Positions 1-13,257 of a stretch of 64,000 nt of DNA are shown piece by piece (the first letter of the stretch is position 1; the number at the start of each line of letters is the position of its first letter). A model generated the notes under the pieces. The model did not search any database. It was given only the letters and a program-made list of their open reading frames with translations, and had not been told where the DNA came from. This stretch comes from Octopus vulgaris. Taxonomy: Eukaryota. The translations under genes were made by a program, and so were the position numbers. The stretch is from positions 41,292,001 to 41,356,000 of the forward strand of contig OX597834.1 in NCBI GenBank assembly GCA_951406725.2. Direction: 5' to 3'.

Positions 1-275
1 CGGCGGAATTTGAACTCAGAACGTAACGACAGACGAAATACCTATTTCTTTACTACCCACAAGGGGCTAAACACAGAGAGGACAAACAAGGGCAGACAAA
101 CGGATTAAGACGATTATATCGACCCCAGTGCGTAACTGGTACTTAATTTATCGACCCCGAAAGGATGAAAGGCAAAGTCGTCCTCGGCGGAATTTGGACT
201 CAGAACGTAACAACAGACGAAATACCGCTAAGCATTTCGTCCGGCGTGCTAACGTTTCTGCCAGCTCGCTGCCTT
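1..275 (-). mobile_element. Nin-domain-like tRNA-derived SINE (family N), tandem copy cut by the window edge
   Basis: Reverse complement reads GGCAGCGAGCTGGCAGAAACGTTAGCACG...TCCAAATTCCGCCGAGGACGACTTTGCCTTTCATCCTTTCGGGGTCGATAAATTAAGTACCAG...CCCCTTGTGGGTAGTAAAGAAAT; many near-identical copies in the window. Confidence 0.85.
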
Positions 276-949
276 CACCTAGGAACTGCTTCTGTTAAGA
301 GAGCCAAGCTAACGAGGAATTTTTTTTAGCTATAGTGAAACACGTTTCATTGTTTCATAGCAGAGTTGTTCCTGGCGTGTCTTGCTCTCCGTGTACGGGA
401 TGCCTTGTGAAGCATAGCCATTGAGGCGCAAAATATAACTGCATGATTACGGTCGAAATGTCTTTGATCAAGGGAGGTGGTACTAAATGACAATATGACT
501 AACAACACTTATGCAATATTAGCATACAGGATGGACTATTATTACAGTTGTAGCAAATAAAATCATCGCATAAAATGACAGACGGGGAGAGAGAAAGAGA
601 TGAGGAGAGAAAGGAGGAGAGAGCGAGAGCGAGAAGGAGATAGAGAAGGAGCTAATGAGAGGGAGAAAGAGAGGAGGGTTTGCGTGTGTCTGAGATTTTC
701 AGAGATAGACAGGAAGACAACAAAGAAAATGGAAAAGGAAGACGAGAGAGAAAATATGATAATGATAAAACTAATGAGTAGTTATATAGAGAGAAGCCCT
801 AATTTTGCTCATTAAATGACCTTTAAGATTTCAGTACGTAATATATACTTGTCTGCACTAAATACACCCCACCCACACTCATGCGCGCGCACACTTACAC
901 ACAAGCATGCATGCACACATACTCGCTCTACGCATGTATGTGTGAGCGT

Positions 950-1014
<65 letters not shown>

Positions 1015-1017
<3 letters not shown>

Positions 1018-1350
1018 ACACCATATATCATAACACTGTGATACACGATCCCTATTGATCGTTTTTTTTCCCTCTTCCCCCTTTTTCCCCCTTTTTCCTT
1101 CTTTTTTCATTTCTCTTTTCTTTTGTTCCTTTTCCTTTTCTTTTTTTTAAAATTTTATTTATTTATTTTTTATTTTATTTTATTTTTTTTTGTTCTTTTC
1201 TTCCCTTTTACGATCCCTCTTGATCGAAAACCTACGCCACCCCTTTTTTTTTGTTTCTTTGGTTTTTTGTTTTTTTCATCCCCCAAAAGAGAAGCTCTAC
1301 CTAGTAACTTGTCCCATCTGTGTGCAGCCCTGTGTGGCCAATAAAGAAAT
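1015..1350 (+). mobile_element. 3' end of a non-LTR retroelement (L1/Tx1-like 3' UTR) inside (TATC)n
   Basis: Homologous to 39830-40063: ACGATCCCTATTGATC...GATCGAAAACC...AAGCTCTACCT...TGTGTGCAGCCCTGTGTGGCCAATAAAGAAA; TATC repeats on both sides. Confidence 0.65.
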
Positions 1351-1388
1351 CTATCTACCTATCTAATGTGCTTAATTGAAACTTTACA

Positions 1389-1428
1389 AACTGTTACTCA
1401 GAGTTTCAAGTACCGATCATCAGTCAAC
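1389..1428 (-). ncRNA. Degenerate minimal hammerhead ribozyme-like motif
   Basis: Minus strand CUGAUGA-UCGGUACUU-GAAA-CUCUGAG-UA-ACAGU; canonical core and the same stem III as 11998-12043, but stems I and II pair poorly. Confidence 0.4.
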
Positions 1429-1739
1429 CGGGTTATATTAAAACTATTTCATGATTTATAAAATCTTTACAAACGGCCTTGCCACAGTTATTTAATAATT
1501 TATCAAATAAACACTTAAAGCTTTAAAGGTTTATTCCATAAATTACTAAACAATTGTGACAATAGTTTATGTAAATATTTACAAACCTTCATTTTGTTAG
1601 AAAAACCACGGCTGACCGCTGATCTGTTAGTTGAAATTCTAAGGAACAGTTTGTGGAGATTTTCCAGCGTTAATAAAACACGACGTGTGTGTATACATAT
1701 AAGCATATATGCATCCATCCATCAATCCATCTCCTCCAC

Positions 1740-1776
<37 letters not shown>

Positions 1777-1928
1777 TATATCTATGTATTTATATAATCA
1801 TGTATACGTTCATGTATGCATATATATATGTGTGTATATATATAATAATAATTTGAGGGAATATTATTCCAAACTTACAGGGAAAAATTCAATTTAGAAA
1901 TACTAAATCAAATTTCACAAAATATATT

Positions 1929-2260
1929 ATATATATAAAAATTAGAAAAAAAAACCTTTTATCAATTCAAAATGAAAAATTAAATTACACCATCTAGAAA
2001 ATTACATATAATAGAAAAATTAAATATAGGATAAAAAATATACCGATGATTAAGTAAATTGCAAAATAATAAATAAAACGTATATATACTAAATATATAC
2101 GTTTTATTTATTATTTTATTTATTATTTTGCACATTACTTAATCATCGGTATATTTTTTATCCTATATTTAATATTTCTATTATATGTAATTTTCTAGAT
2201 GGTGTAATTTAATTTTTCATTTTGAATTGATAAAAGGTTTTTTTTTAGAATTTATATATA
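1929..2260. repeat. Long AT-rich inverted repeat (~155 bp arms)
   Basis: CCTTTTATCAATTCAAAATGAAAAATTAAATTACACCATCTAGAAAATTAC mirrored by GTAATTTTCTAGATGGTGTAATTTAATTTTTCATTTTGAATTGATAAAAGG; centre near 2090. Confidence 0.9.
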
Positions 2261-2270
2261 GATATATATA

Positions 2271-2565
2271 ACAATTGCAGCGTGGAAGGTGTAAGGTGTT
2301 TATAAACCATTTAAGAAACAGACAAAAACCGCAAGATTCACTTCAACATTTAAATTTAATTTGCTAAAATATTTTCGTCAGTGAACAGGTCGCGGGCTCA
2401 AAGCAACGAAAATATTTTGGCAAATTAACTTTAAATGTTGAAGTGAATCTAAAGGCTTTTGTGTGTTTCTTAAATGACTTATAAACACCTTCCACGCTGC
2501 AATTGTTTTCGTTCCAGTACACGATCTCAGATCAGGTCACTTGCTATGCAAGTACATCTCCGTAA
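2271..2565. mobile_element. Palindromic element (probable Penelope-like terminus) with a hammerhead variant at 2377-2421 (+)
   Basis: Arms ACAATTGCAGCGTGGAAGGTGT / ACACCTTCCACGCTGCAATTGT; second copy at 47239-47580; TA-flanked. Confidence 0.75.
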
Positions 2566-2652
2566 TATATATATATATATATATATAGATAGAAATATTA
2601 CATTTCTAAATATCTCAGAGATATATATGCAGTAGTGGTACGATAGAGTAGT

Positions 2653-2702
<50 letters not shown>

Positions 2703-2746
2703 CAAACGGAGAATGGAGATTTGACTATCTGAATAGATATTGACAG

Positions 2747-2818
<72 letters not shown>

Positions 2819-2898
2819 GCCTGTCTGTCTGTCTGTATGTCTGTCTATTTAGAGACGAGAGAGGAAAAAAGAGAAAGCGTGAGAGAAAGTGAGTGAGT

Positions 2899-2965
<67 letters not shown>

Positions 2966-3117
2966 GGACGTATGCATTGATATAATCATTTCCATATTTT
3001 TATGCTAAAATATGTATGTATATGTGTATATAATATCTAACTGATGCTTCACAACTTAATTCGCATAATAAGCTATTTTGACATTTCTGCCTTATACATA
3101 TATTCATACATACCTTT

Positions 3118-3222
<105 letters not shown>

Positions 3223-3439
3223 ACACATACAAACACACACACACACATATGTATTGTCGTACTAAAACACATTGTTTAGAAATTGAAACATGATGAAAAG
3301 TATTGTAAGTTTTTAATCAATTATATCATATTTAAGTTGTCCACCTCATCTGACTGTGTCTCCGATTTAAAGATTTAATATTTTCGCACTTTACGCACAC
3401 CCTGTCCCCCACTTCACCAAGTATAAACATAGAAATGGA

Positions 3440-3745
3440 ACGTGGGACAGTCTTTATAGCCACCACCACCACCACTACCACCACTATCATTGCCGCTGTC
3501 ACCAACACCACCATCGTCATCCTCATCATCATTATCACAATCATCATCGTCGCCGTCGTCGTCGTCGTGGTTGTGGTCATCGTCGTCGCTTTCTCTTCAG
3601 CATCATCAGCAGAAATATCATCCCCGTCGTCCTGGCTGCCGCTGCCACTGTTGGAATCCCTGCTTCTACCACCACCACCACCACCACCACCACCACCACC
3701 ACCACCACCACCACCACCACCACCACCACCACCACCACCACCACC
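3440..3745. repeat. Compound trinucleotide microsatellite (CCA/CAT/CGT)n
   Basis: Direct reading; pure (CCA)n at about 3669-3745. Confidence 0.9.
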
Positions 3746-4330
3746 GCAGCCGCACAATATAAATTCACTGGGTAATTTGCAAAAGCCTGGACTTGCCCCA
3801 TGATAAAAACTGGTGGGAACATAAACCACCTCCAGTGCTTGAAAATGACCACATCTCACTCTTCGGGAACTTCACCATTCAAACTGAAAGAAAGATAGAT
3901 GCGAATAGGCCAGACATCATATTGAAAGACTTCACACAAAAATCATGCCTCCTCATTGATATGACTGTCCCAATCGATATAAACGTATCTGTCAAGACCT
4001 ACCAAAAACTGAGCATGTATAAAGATCTTGAAATAGAAATCAGCAAAATGTGGAACCTGAAGACTAAAACAATAACAGCTGTCATAGGTGCCCTGGGAAT
4101 GATAGCAAAAGGGGCTGATTGCTACCTAACTCAGATACCAGGAAACCCCATAATGGCAGAAATTCAAAAGATAGTGCTCATGGGAACTGCTCATATCCTA
4201 CGCAAAATACTTTCTATGTAATCTCAAGTTTTAAAACAAACATAATTTTCTTATGGTTACTCAAACGTTCACTAGTACAACACTAAGTACAAAACCAAAT
4301 ATATGGCACCCTAGGCATAGTACCAACATG
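3746..4330 (+). mobile_element. 5'-truncated R4/Dong-type non-LTR retrotransposon: restriction-like endonuclease C-terminus plus 3' UTR
   Basis: HWVICK..PHDKNWWEHKP...NRPDIILKD...LLIDMTVP...KLSMYKDLEIEISKMW...VIGALG...IQKIVLMGTAHILRKIL*; RPD..D..K PD-(D/E)xK pattern. Confidence 0.88.
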
Positions 4331-4374
4331 GTCTCAATGCGCTTTTGCTAGGCAAGCAGGCTAGTTTTCCTCCC

Positions 4375-4524
4375 TGATCGGTAGGCTAGTCCGTCGCTGG
4401 GTTACCCATTTACAATTGCGATGAAACGTTTTGCTCGAGAACACAATGCACAGTCGGTCTGGGAATCGAAACCACGACGTCACGATCGTGAATGCTGTAC
4501 GCCTAACCACTAGGCCACACGCCT
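4375..4524 (-). mobile_element. Decayed tRNA-derived SINE (head B)
   Basis: Reverse complement GAAGGCGTGTGGCCTAGTGGTTAGG (A box)...GGTTTCGATTCCCAGACC (B box). Confidence 0.65.
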
Positions 4525-4541
4525 TCACACACACACGCACA

Positions 4542-4580
<39 letters not shown>

Positions 4581-5016
4581 TGAAATCAGGCCTCCTTTCA
4601 TTTAATCTTCGGCGCTTAACACATAACCAACGCTATGATATTGTCTCGAAGGGAACAAGATATCTGGCACAGCCGTTTGACGTCACTGATTCGACGTCAA
4701 TTTATTTGACGTCAGCCATTTTGATATTTACCTCGCTTTAATGTTTTCCTCGCTCCTCCCTTCTCTGTTTATGTCAGGGGGTCTAGTTACGTTTGTATGT
4801 ATGTATGTCTAATGTCTCTCTCCCTCCTTCACTTTATCTATTTGTCTATATATCTGCTTCCGCGTCTGAGTGCGCATGTGTATGCCTCCAGTGCCAAAAC
4901 ATACTCTTGCCACACAGGCTGGATGTACAGAATCGTCAGCGTCCAAACAGTTGTATCGTCTCAGTCCACGTCCCGAAGGACATGCAATGATGGAAGTAAC
5001 TAACTTTATCATAATA

Positions 5017-5412
5017 CTAGCAGTATCGCCCGGCGTTGCTCGGGTTTGTTTCGACCCTTTAGAATTGGAATTTTTGAAAAGTAAAAATTTCGCATTATGT
5101 AGCTTGTTATTCTCTTTAAGGGAACATTTTTCTGGTTGAAATACACCGAAAACTGGCGACACAGCAGTCAAAAAATCGTAAAAGAAATAGTGATTTTCAT
5201 AGAAAAAAAAAGCACCACTTTGATGTAAATCATTTTTGGTGTTAACACGGTCCGATTTGAATTTTTTTTTCTACGGAAGGAAGAGTAAGCCTTCTTCTAT
5301 CATACTCTCAATTTTGGTCAACTTGCGCCGCAGGGTCTTGGAGGAGATAGTGTTAGTTGAAGGCTACCAAACCTGCCACACACAGTCAACTTCAGCTTTA
5401 TATATATATAGA
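5017..5412 (-). mobile_element. Non-autonomous Helitron
   Basis: Minus-strand 3' end CCCGAGCAACGCCGGG hairpin then CTAG followed by T; 5' TCTATATATA; same terminal motif at 51549-51575. Confidence 0.75.
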
Positions 5413-5825
5413 GAGAGATAAGCGCTTTCTTTTTCTTTCTCCAGCTAAGAGATTTCAATTAAGAAATTTTCTGCATAAGGCATTCAGTACATAACTCTAT
5501 ATCTTAATTAACCAAACTATCTCCCCGATTAGCAGATTTCAACTCAGCACTATAGGATGGAACCTCTACGCAGTCGCTCAAGTTGCTAGAAATAGGAGTC
5601 CAATTTCGTCACAGCACACTCTATCTCCTTTAAAAAAAAAACAAAAAAACAAAAACGGAAAGTTTACATTGAATAATATTTCGGATCCCCCCTCTCTAAA
5701 GCAACTGGAATGTCGTTTGATCATAGGTCTATACAATCAGGGCCGACCTGGGGCTAAACAGCATCTTCAACAATTTCTACTTTCACCATCAAAATGCCAT
5801 CCTCGCAACTGCTATTATCACTGTT

Positions 5826-6312
5826 CCCCCACCCCACCCCACCCCACCCACCCCACCCCACCCACCCACCTCACCCCACCCCACCCCACCCCACTCCACC
5901 CCACCCCCACCCCACCCCACCCCACCCCATTCCATTCCATCACCAACACTACGATGACGACCTCCCCCACCACCTCGTGGCCACCACCGCTACCGCCACC
6001 GCCGCCACCACCACCACCACAGCCACCACCACCGCAGCCACCACCACCACCACCACCTCGGAACTCTGCAAGCTATGCTACCATTACCATTATTAACATC
6101 GCCATCACAATTACCAGTATGACTGACACAATCACTTCAAAGAAACACCGCCGCCACCACCGCCGCCACCACCACCACCACCACCGCCACCACCACCACC
6201 ACCACCACCACCGCCACCACCATCATAAATACCTCCATCACTACTAACATTGTCAATCCACCATTAGCACACCCCCACCCCACAACTGCCGCCGCCACCG
6301 CGACCACCACCA

Positions 6313-6343
<31 letters not shown>

Positions 6344-6345
6344 AG
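5826..6345. repeat. (CCCCA)n and (CCA/CCG)n low-complexity tract
   Basis: Direct reading; G-rich minus strand. Confidence 0.9.
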
Positions 6346-6612
6346 TGGCGTGGAAATGTCAGCATTACCAATTTAATATAGAACGCCCTGCACAAATTAC
6401 TGCTAGACTCATGTGAAAAGGTGAAAGCATAAATTATAGTTTGGGTACCACCACCGAGTGGTGGGGCTTTGGCCTTCAACGCAAAGTTTAATGTGTTACT
6501 CGTAATGGACAGCAAACGATTTCTGTATGCCATTCAACGCTTGCCCGGAATTACATAACGGTTCGCTTGTGAAAGTTGCGTTGTTTTCATCTTTCAAAGT
6601 CTACCCAGGCTC

Positions 6613-6661
6613 TCCATCCATCCATCCATTCATCCATCCATCCATCCATCCATTCATCCAT

Positions 6662-6697
<36 letters not shown>

Positions 6698-6812
6698 CCA
6701 TCCATCCATCCGTCCGTCCGTCCGTCCGTCCGTCCGTCCGTTCGTCCGTCCGTCCGTCCGTCCGTCCGTCCGTCCGCCCGTCCGTCCGTCCGTCCGTCCA
6801 TCCATCTATCTA

Positions 6813-6880
<68 letters not shown>

Positions 6881-6885
6881 GTCTG

Positions 6886-6928
<43 letters not shown>

Positions 6929-7082
6929 GTCGGTCTATCTGTCTGTCTATCTGTCAGTCTGTCTGTCAGTCAGTCTGCCTGTTTGTCTATTTGCCTGTCT
7001 ATCTGCCCCTATCTATCTATCTATCTGTTTGTCTGACTGTCTGCTTGTCTGTCTGCCTGTCTGTCTGCCTATTCGTCTGTCT
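6613..7082. repeat. Graded tetranucleotide array CCAT>CCGT>CTAT>CTGT
   Basis: Direct reading. Confidence 0.9.
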
Positions 7083-7194
7083 GGGAATAACTACAAATCT
7101 GCTCTCAAGTAACGCTCACATACTTTAGGTTCCCCTCCACAGTCCTTAGCCAAGTATTGAAAGGTCTACCGATGTTACCCGCTTGAGCAGGGCC

Positions 7195-7425
7195 GTTAAC
7201 ATCCAAATTACTCTGTCAAATGTAATGCTTATTTATTCACATTGCTTTGAATTAATAATGTGTTACTTTGAAGCCTCGAAATTTCGGCACCGTGCTTGTT
7301 TATTCGTTAGAATGACATTGTAGGATAGGTGTGAGTGGTCAGATGTCTGTTGGAACATAAAACAGGGAGGATATTTGAGCCAGATATTTGAGCCAGATAT
7401 GGTCAGTTTAAATGTCAAAATGCTG
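7195..7425 (+). mobile_element. Decayed copy of the TTAA-type MITE at 62264-62491
   Basis: Shared TCAAATGTAATGCTTATTTATTCACATTG...TAGAATGACATTGTAGG.TAGGTGTGAG. Confidence 0.65.
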
Positions 7426-7466
7426 AAAGCATTTCTCTTTAGTATCCGAGACTAAAATATTCGTAT

Positions 7467-7798
7467 AAGTCGACCTCGGCGGAATTTGAACTCAGAACAT
7501 TGACAAAATATCGCTAAGCATTTATTTGCCAGGCGTGCTAAAAATTCTGCCAGCTCGCCACCATCTCTGTGAGTGAAATATTGGTTTCAAATTCTGGCAC
7601 GGCCAGCAAATTTCAGGCAAAGGGGTTAAGTCGATTACATCGATTCCAGTGCCAGACTGGTACTTAATTTAACGATCTTGAAAGGGATGACAGGAAAAGC
7701 CGACCTCTGCGGAATTTGAACTCAGAACGTAAAGACGGACGAAATGCCGCTAAGCATTTTGCCCGGCATGATAACAATTCTGCCAGCTCACCGACACC
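7467..7798 (-). mobile_element. Two family N SINE copies; the second (7581-7798) has a TSD
   Basis: GGAATTTGAACTCAGAAC...TTCTGCCAGCTC cores; CTGTGAGTGAAAT duplicated at 7568-7580 and 7799-7811. Confidence 0.8.
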
Positions 7799-8132
7799 CT
7801 GTGAGTGAAATGTTAATATCTGATATAGTCCTTGCCTTTCCGAAAAAGTTAAGGAGGTGTAGTCTATAGGAGGACATTTGGTTATTATATCTAGCAGAAC
7901 GAGCGACTCCATTGAGTCGTTGTCGTGGTCGTCGTCGCTTGCTCCTATTCTTTTCCATGTTATTTGCGTGACATATCCGGAGGAACTGCTTTCAAGCAAT
8001 AGATGGAATTGCTAACACATTTGTCTGTGTTCCTCTCCTAATAGCAGCAATGCTCTTTATACACCAATTAGACGGCTGTTTTGAGGTCTACTTAAAACGT
8101 TTCTGTCTGCAGAATAAAGTGCATACATACAC

Positions 8133-8166
<34 letters not shown>

Positions 8167-8330
8167 GTATGTATGCATGTGCGTATGTATGCATGTATCG
8201 ATGGATGGATGGATGGATGGATGGATGGATGAATGTATGTATCTATGCATGTATGTATACGCATATACATGCACTTCTATATGCAATTGCTGACGTACAT
8301 TTGTACATGAACATATATATAAGTATAGAA

Positions 8331-8417
<87 letters not shown>

Positions 8418-8894
8418 CATATGTATAAGTGTTTATATTTATGATTACACTCTCTCTCTCTCACACACACACACACACTCACGCACACATACACACACAG
8501 GCTCACAAACGCATACACAAATACACGTACACACATACAACAAGACCAACCGTGGGAGATATCACAACAGAATATTCTAATCTGCATAAAAACACTAAAT
8601 CAAAAACAACAGCAAAAACAAATAGAAAAGAAAAACAAATTGCTTTCTTTTTATTGTTGATTTTTTTGTCCGACAATTTACTTGTTATTGTGTCTGTGTG
8701 TGTGTGCGTGTGTGTGTATGTGTTTGTATATATTTCAATATATACAAATAGTGTTTGCGTGTGTCTGTAATGTGTGTGTCTGTGTGTACGTAAATTAAAA
8801 ATTTTTTTTTTCAGTCAGCGAAATATATGTGTATGTAAATGTGGATGCTTGAGTTAATAAATTGTGTTTACATATATATAATTACGAGAGTGTA

Positions 8895-8939
<45 letters not shown>

Positions 8940-9261
8940 GTATGTATTTGTCAGGGATAATGAAAACGTGTGCGGGTGGGTATGTGTATATATTTGCACT
9001 GATCTTACTTTGAGCAAGCATGAGTGCATATAAATATCTATGTGCATGAATATATACGCATTTTCATGTGTATATTCGTCTGTTGGCAAATATGTGTGTG
9101 TGTGTGTATGCGTGTATGTGTGCCAATATGTGCGCATGCTTGTGTGTTTGAGTATTTGCGAATATGTATGCGTATATGTTAAATATTGTGTTTATTTAAC
9201 GTATGTGTGTATGTATATGTCTGTAATTGTTTTTCTGAGCGAGTATTCTGTATATTATATA

Positions 9262-9325
<64 letters not shown>

Positions 9326-9801
9326 TGTGTATATATGTGTGTGTATATAGGTGTGTATATGTGACTTAGTATGTCTGTTACGTGTATGAGTTCGGGTACT
9401 TTTGTGGGGGCGCATGTGTGCCTATATTATATTCTAGTGCATATACGAGCCAGCATGCATGTTTGATGCGTAACCATGGATATGCTCGTATGAGTCTGAG
9501 TGCGCATGTGTGTGCGCATGGACGTGCACGTGTGGACGTGTGTGTATAAGTGTAAATGCGTGAATCTGTGTGCATGTATATATGTGATTTTATATGTATA
9601 CATGTGCTACATGCGTAAGTACAAACATGTGAAAGTGTGCATGGGTATATATGTATGTTGTATATAGGTATGTATGTATGTTCATGTGTATATATGCGTG
9701 TCTGTGTGTCAGTGTGTATTCCTATGTGTTTGTATGTATGTATATGTGCTTGTGTTTATATGAATTTGCGTACACAAGTGTATATGTATACAGTATTTGC
9801 A

Positions 9802-10001
9802 TGTATGTATATATTTGTACATGTTCGTGTATGTATATATTTGTACATGTTCGTGTATGTATATATTTGTACATGTTCGTGTATGTATATATTTGTACAT
9901 GTTCGTGTATGTATATATTTGTACATGTTCGTGTATGTATATATTCGTACATGTTCGTGTATGTATATATTTGTACATGTTCGTGTATGTATATATTCGT
10001 A
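9802..10001. repeat. 26-bp minisatellite, about 7.5 copies
   Basis: Unit TATATTTGTACATGTTCGTGTATGTA. Confidence 0.9.
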
Positions 10002-10939
10002 TCAGTGTAAGCGTATGTACATGTATTTAAGTATATGTATATGTGTAAGCGTATGTATGTGTGTGTATGTATATGTATATGTATATGTGTGCATGCGTAT
10101 TTATCTGTCTGTTTGAGTGTTCCTCTATAAAATATCTAAGTCAATGTGTCAGTTATTTTAACTTAAAGCAATTGTTTTGAAGAATTCAAGAAGCTAAATA
10201 TTCTAGAATGTGATGGGAATTGCTAGAAACTGAACAGCAGCCAACAAAATGATATTTAGTTACACGTCTCTACGAACTGGGTTCAAATCTCGCCATTAAT
10301 CACCTGCCCTTCGTCCCTTCGTGTCTGCTGTTTACGTTTAAATCTCTCGTTTGTCCACACATTTAATGATTTTTTTCTTAAGTGGCCGAGTTTTCTACGA
10401 GCATGCGTACTCTTGATATACTCTTCAAGAAGACTGAGCGTGGCGCAAGACATGACGCAATATATGGCTTCGAATCTTCGAAGTAGAGATACGGGCCATT
10501 CGATAGGGTTTCATATAGTTTCCATCAATAAAAATAAACTAAGTAGCTCTGGTTTAACTCAAATCTATGATAACTGGCACTTGTTCAAATACCACACAGT
10601 GGGAACGAATTCGACACCTCATGTTGTTATTTGCCTTTCAAAAACAAAAACAAATATATATATATATTTCGAGAGTCAGTTTCAATAAGAGTGAATGGGC
10701 TGTTAGTAACTAACATCAAAAGTGTTACCAGTTAGCCTGTTGATTCTACATCTGCGCTGAACAATATTTTTTACGACAGCATTTTTCCATTGAAAGAGAA
10801 TCTAGTCGCGTTTGGTGCCGGTTACTTGCGTCAGTCGATTTTTGGAGAACGATTTGCAATGGTTTGCGGCCCATGGAATTACGACTGACCTTATGATTGT
10901 CCTTATGAGAAAGAGAATACAGACCACCAATAGCTTGAA

Positions 10940-12005
10940 TTAACAGCTTATTGACAGCGAGAAATTCCCCCTTGAAGAGAGACTGTTAGAGATCGAAAAG
11001 TAAGTCAGAATCTCCCATGAAAAGGAAAGGGTATAAAGAGAAACCAGGGCGGTGGAAAATGCAAAAATAAATCCCAAAGCCTTCTACAAGTTCGCGAAAG
11101 AGTCTGCCTCCGTGCCCTACAAGATAGGGCCACTGTATGAAGACGGCTCGCTAACTGCAGGCCCCATGGGGATGGGTCAAGTGCTAAATGTCAATTCCAG
11201 AGGGTCTTCATACTTCTACTGGGAAACTGAGAAGTAGGCGAGCCTAAAGAGTTCTTCCACACTGCAGACCTGCATGGGGAAAAAAAACAACCATCAAGTA
11301 AATCGAAATAAAGAGGAAGATGTACTATTGGCCATTGATGAGAAGAGCTCAAACTCAGCAACGGGGCACGGATGGATTTCCGTCTGTTCTAAAAACATGT
11401 AAAAAGCTCTTTCAAAACCACAGCAGATACATTTTCAGAGTTTCCTTGCATATAGAAAACTTCCCAGACTATTAAAAGAAGGTATCATATGCCCCATCCA
11501 TAAAGTAGAAAGCAGAGCAGATGCTAAAAATTACAGACCTATCTCTCTGACTTCACATGTTAGCAAGGTCGTGGAATGCATTGTCAGAAAGAGACTGATC
11601 ACGTTCCTGGAAAAAAAAAAAACCTGCTCACAAACATACAACATGGTTTCCGCCCAGGGAAGTGCGGCCCCACAGCTACTACAACATTATAATTGGGTAC
11701 TGAAACAACAGCTCAACCAATCAAATGTGGATCTGATATATCTAGACTTTGCCAAAGTCTTTGATAAAGTTGATCATGGGATTCTATGCCACAAACTACG
11801 CGACCTTTTTGACTGCACGACTTTTTAAAGGACAGAAGTTAGGTAGTTGCAGCCAATGGTGTTCTCTCTGGGGAGACATCAATCCGCAGCGGACTTCATC
11901 AGGGAACTGTTCTGGGACCACTACTGTTTGTAGTGGTTCTTTCGGACATGCCGTCAGTCGTATAGTCAGCCACTCTCAGCACCTACGCTGACGATGCAAA
12001 ACTGT
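10940..12005 (+). mobile_element. Decayed CR1/L2-group LINE, reverse transcriptase N-terminal half
   Basis: Frameshifted motifs NPKAFYKFAK, IICPIHK...KNYRPISLTSHVSK, VDLIYLDFAKVFDKVDHGIL, QGTVLGPLLF, TYADDAKL. Confidence 0.9.
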
Positions 12006-12043
12006 CCGACGAACGGGAACGTGAAACTCCGAGTAACAGTTTT
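11998..12043 (+). ncRNA. Minimal type I hammerhead ribozyme, U4C core variant
   Basis: AAAACUGU-CCGACGA-ACG(GGAA)CGU-GAAA-CUC(C)GAG-UA-ACAGUUUU: 8-bp stem I, GNRA-capped stem II, near-palindromic stem III, GUA site. Confidence 0.75.
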
Positions 12044-12141
12044 TGTTAAATTTCTCCTGCTTTTAAATAAAGCACATTACTCTACCACTGGTATTTGAGT
12101 ACTCTTTTTCCCACCTTGTTTCACATTTATGTGTTTACTCC

Positions 12142-12200
<59 letters not shown>

Positions 12201-12869
12201 TATATATATATGTCTGTATATACATATATATATATACCTACATACACGCACAAACACACTCACACTCACACTCACACTCACACACACGCGTTATCGCACA
12301 CAAATGTATATATACATATATACATACACACACATATAAATATATACGCACAAATCTATTGATATTTATATACACAATTTACTCTTATATACATATTTAT
12401 ATATGTGCCTATATAGGGCACACATATGATAAAGTCTGTTTGTGCAAGACAGATGTTTTGTTCATTGTATCTAGTAAAGGTAACATGTGGCAACTACAAT
12501 ATTAATTTGTTCTATATCATTATCCTTCAATAGAACAATTTGCTGACAAATATTAAAAATTAGTCTGAGCGAGCGATAATAGATAAAGAGAACGGCCAAC
12601 ATCGGTGCCATCTAGGTGGCTGCTTAATGTGCTAGAAATAGAAGCTACCTTTTTTTTTTTTTACCTCAAATTATATCCTACGGCCTTAAATAAACAAGAA
12701 AATTTGGTTGGTAATCTAAGCAAGTTTTTGTTTTATCCTAGAGAGATTATAAAAAAGTTTCTTCTGTCTTGCTCATGATATATCGAAGTAGAATCAAGAT
12801 TTTGAATTTTGTAGGCGCCCCTAGATAGCAGCAGTTACCATTGTGTGTCTTTCACTTTAGCATACAACA

Positions 12870-13100
12870 TTTTATCGTGTTTTCCTCCTCTGTCTTTCAA
12901 AAATCAAATATATTTCGAAAGTGCTATCGCATTTCTTTTATTTCAGCTTCTAAAAGATTTTGTGTGTTGTGTTAATCTAAATATAAAGGTATTTTCGATC
13001 AGCCCGATAAAGTTTTCATTGTGTAATCTGCCATCAGGTTTAGAGGACTCCAATGACGATTTATCCCCGTATCTATAAATAGTTATGACAAGTTTGCATA
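12870..13100 (-). mobile_element. Penelope-like element GIY-YIG endonuclease remnant
   Basis: Minus translation FIGLIENTFIFRLTQHTKSFRS*NKRNAIALSKYI*FLKD resembles the YIG..R...H...F.......LSKYIW.LK pattern of Penelope-type endonucleases. Confidence 0.6.
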
Positions 13101-13257
13101 TCGGGAATCCAAGGTAACTTGTAATAGTCTAAGTCAGTAAAAAGTTGTGCATATGAAAGATCATAAGAGAGTTTGATATGTTAAGTTAACGTGGTGTGTG
13201 TGGAGTCTAACGTTTCGATCCTTGCTATTTGAGAAAAGAGAAAAACTAGTATTATAT

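Noticed and set aside
3332-6533. Poly-Pro/His/Gly ORFs as homeobox or formin-like exons
   Set aside because: Frames are open only because of trinucleotide and CCCCA repeats; no domain or splice evidence
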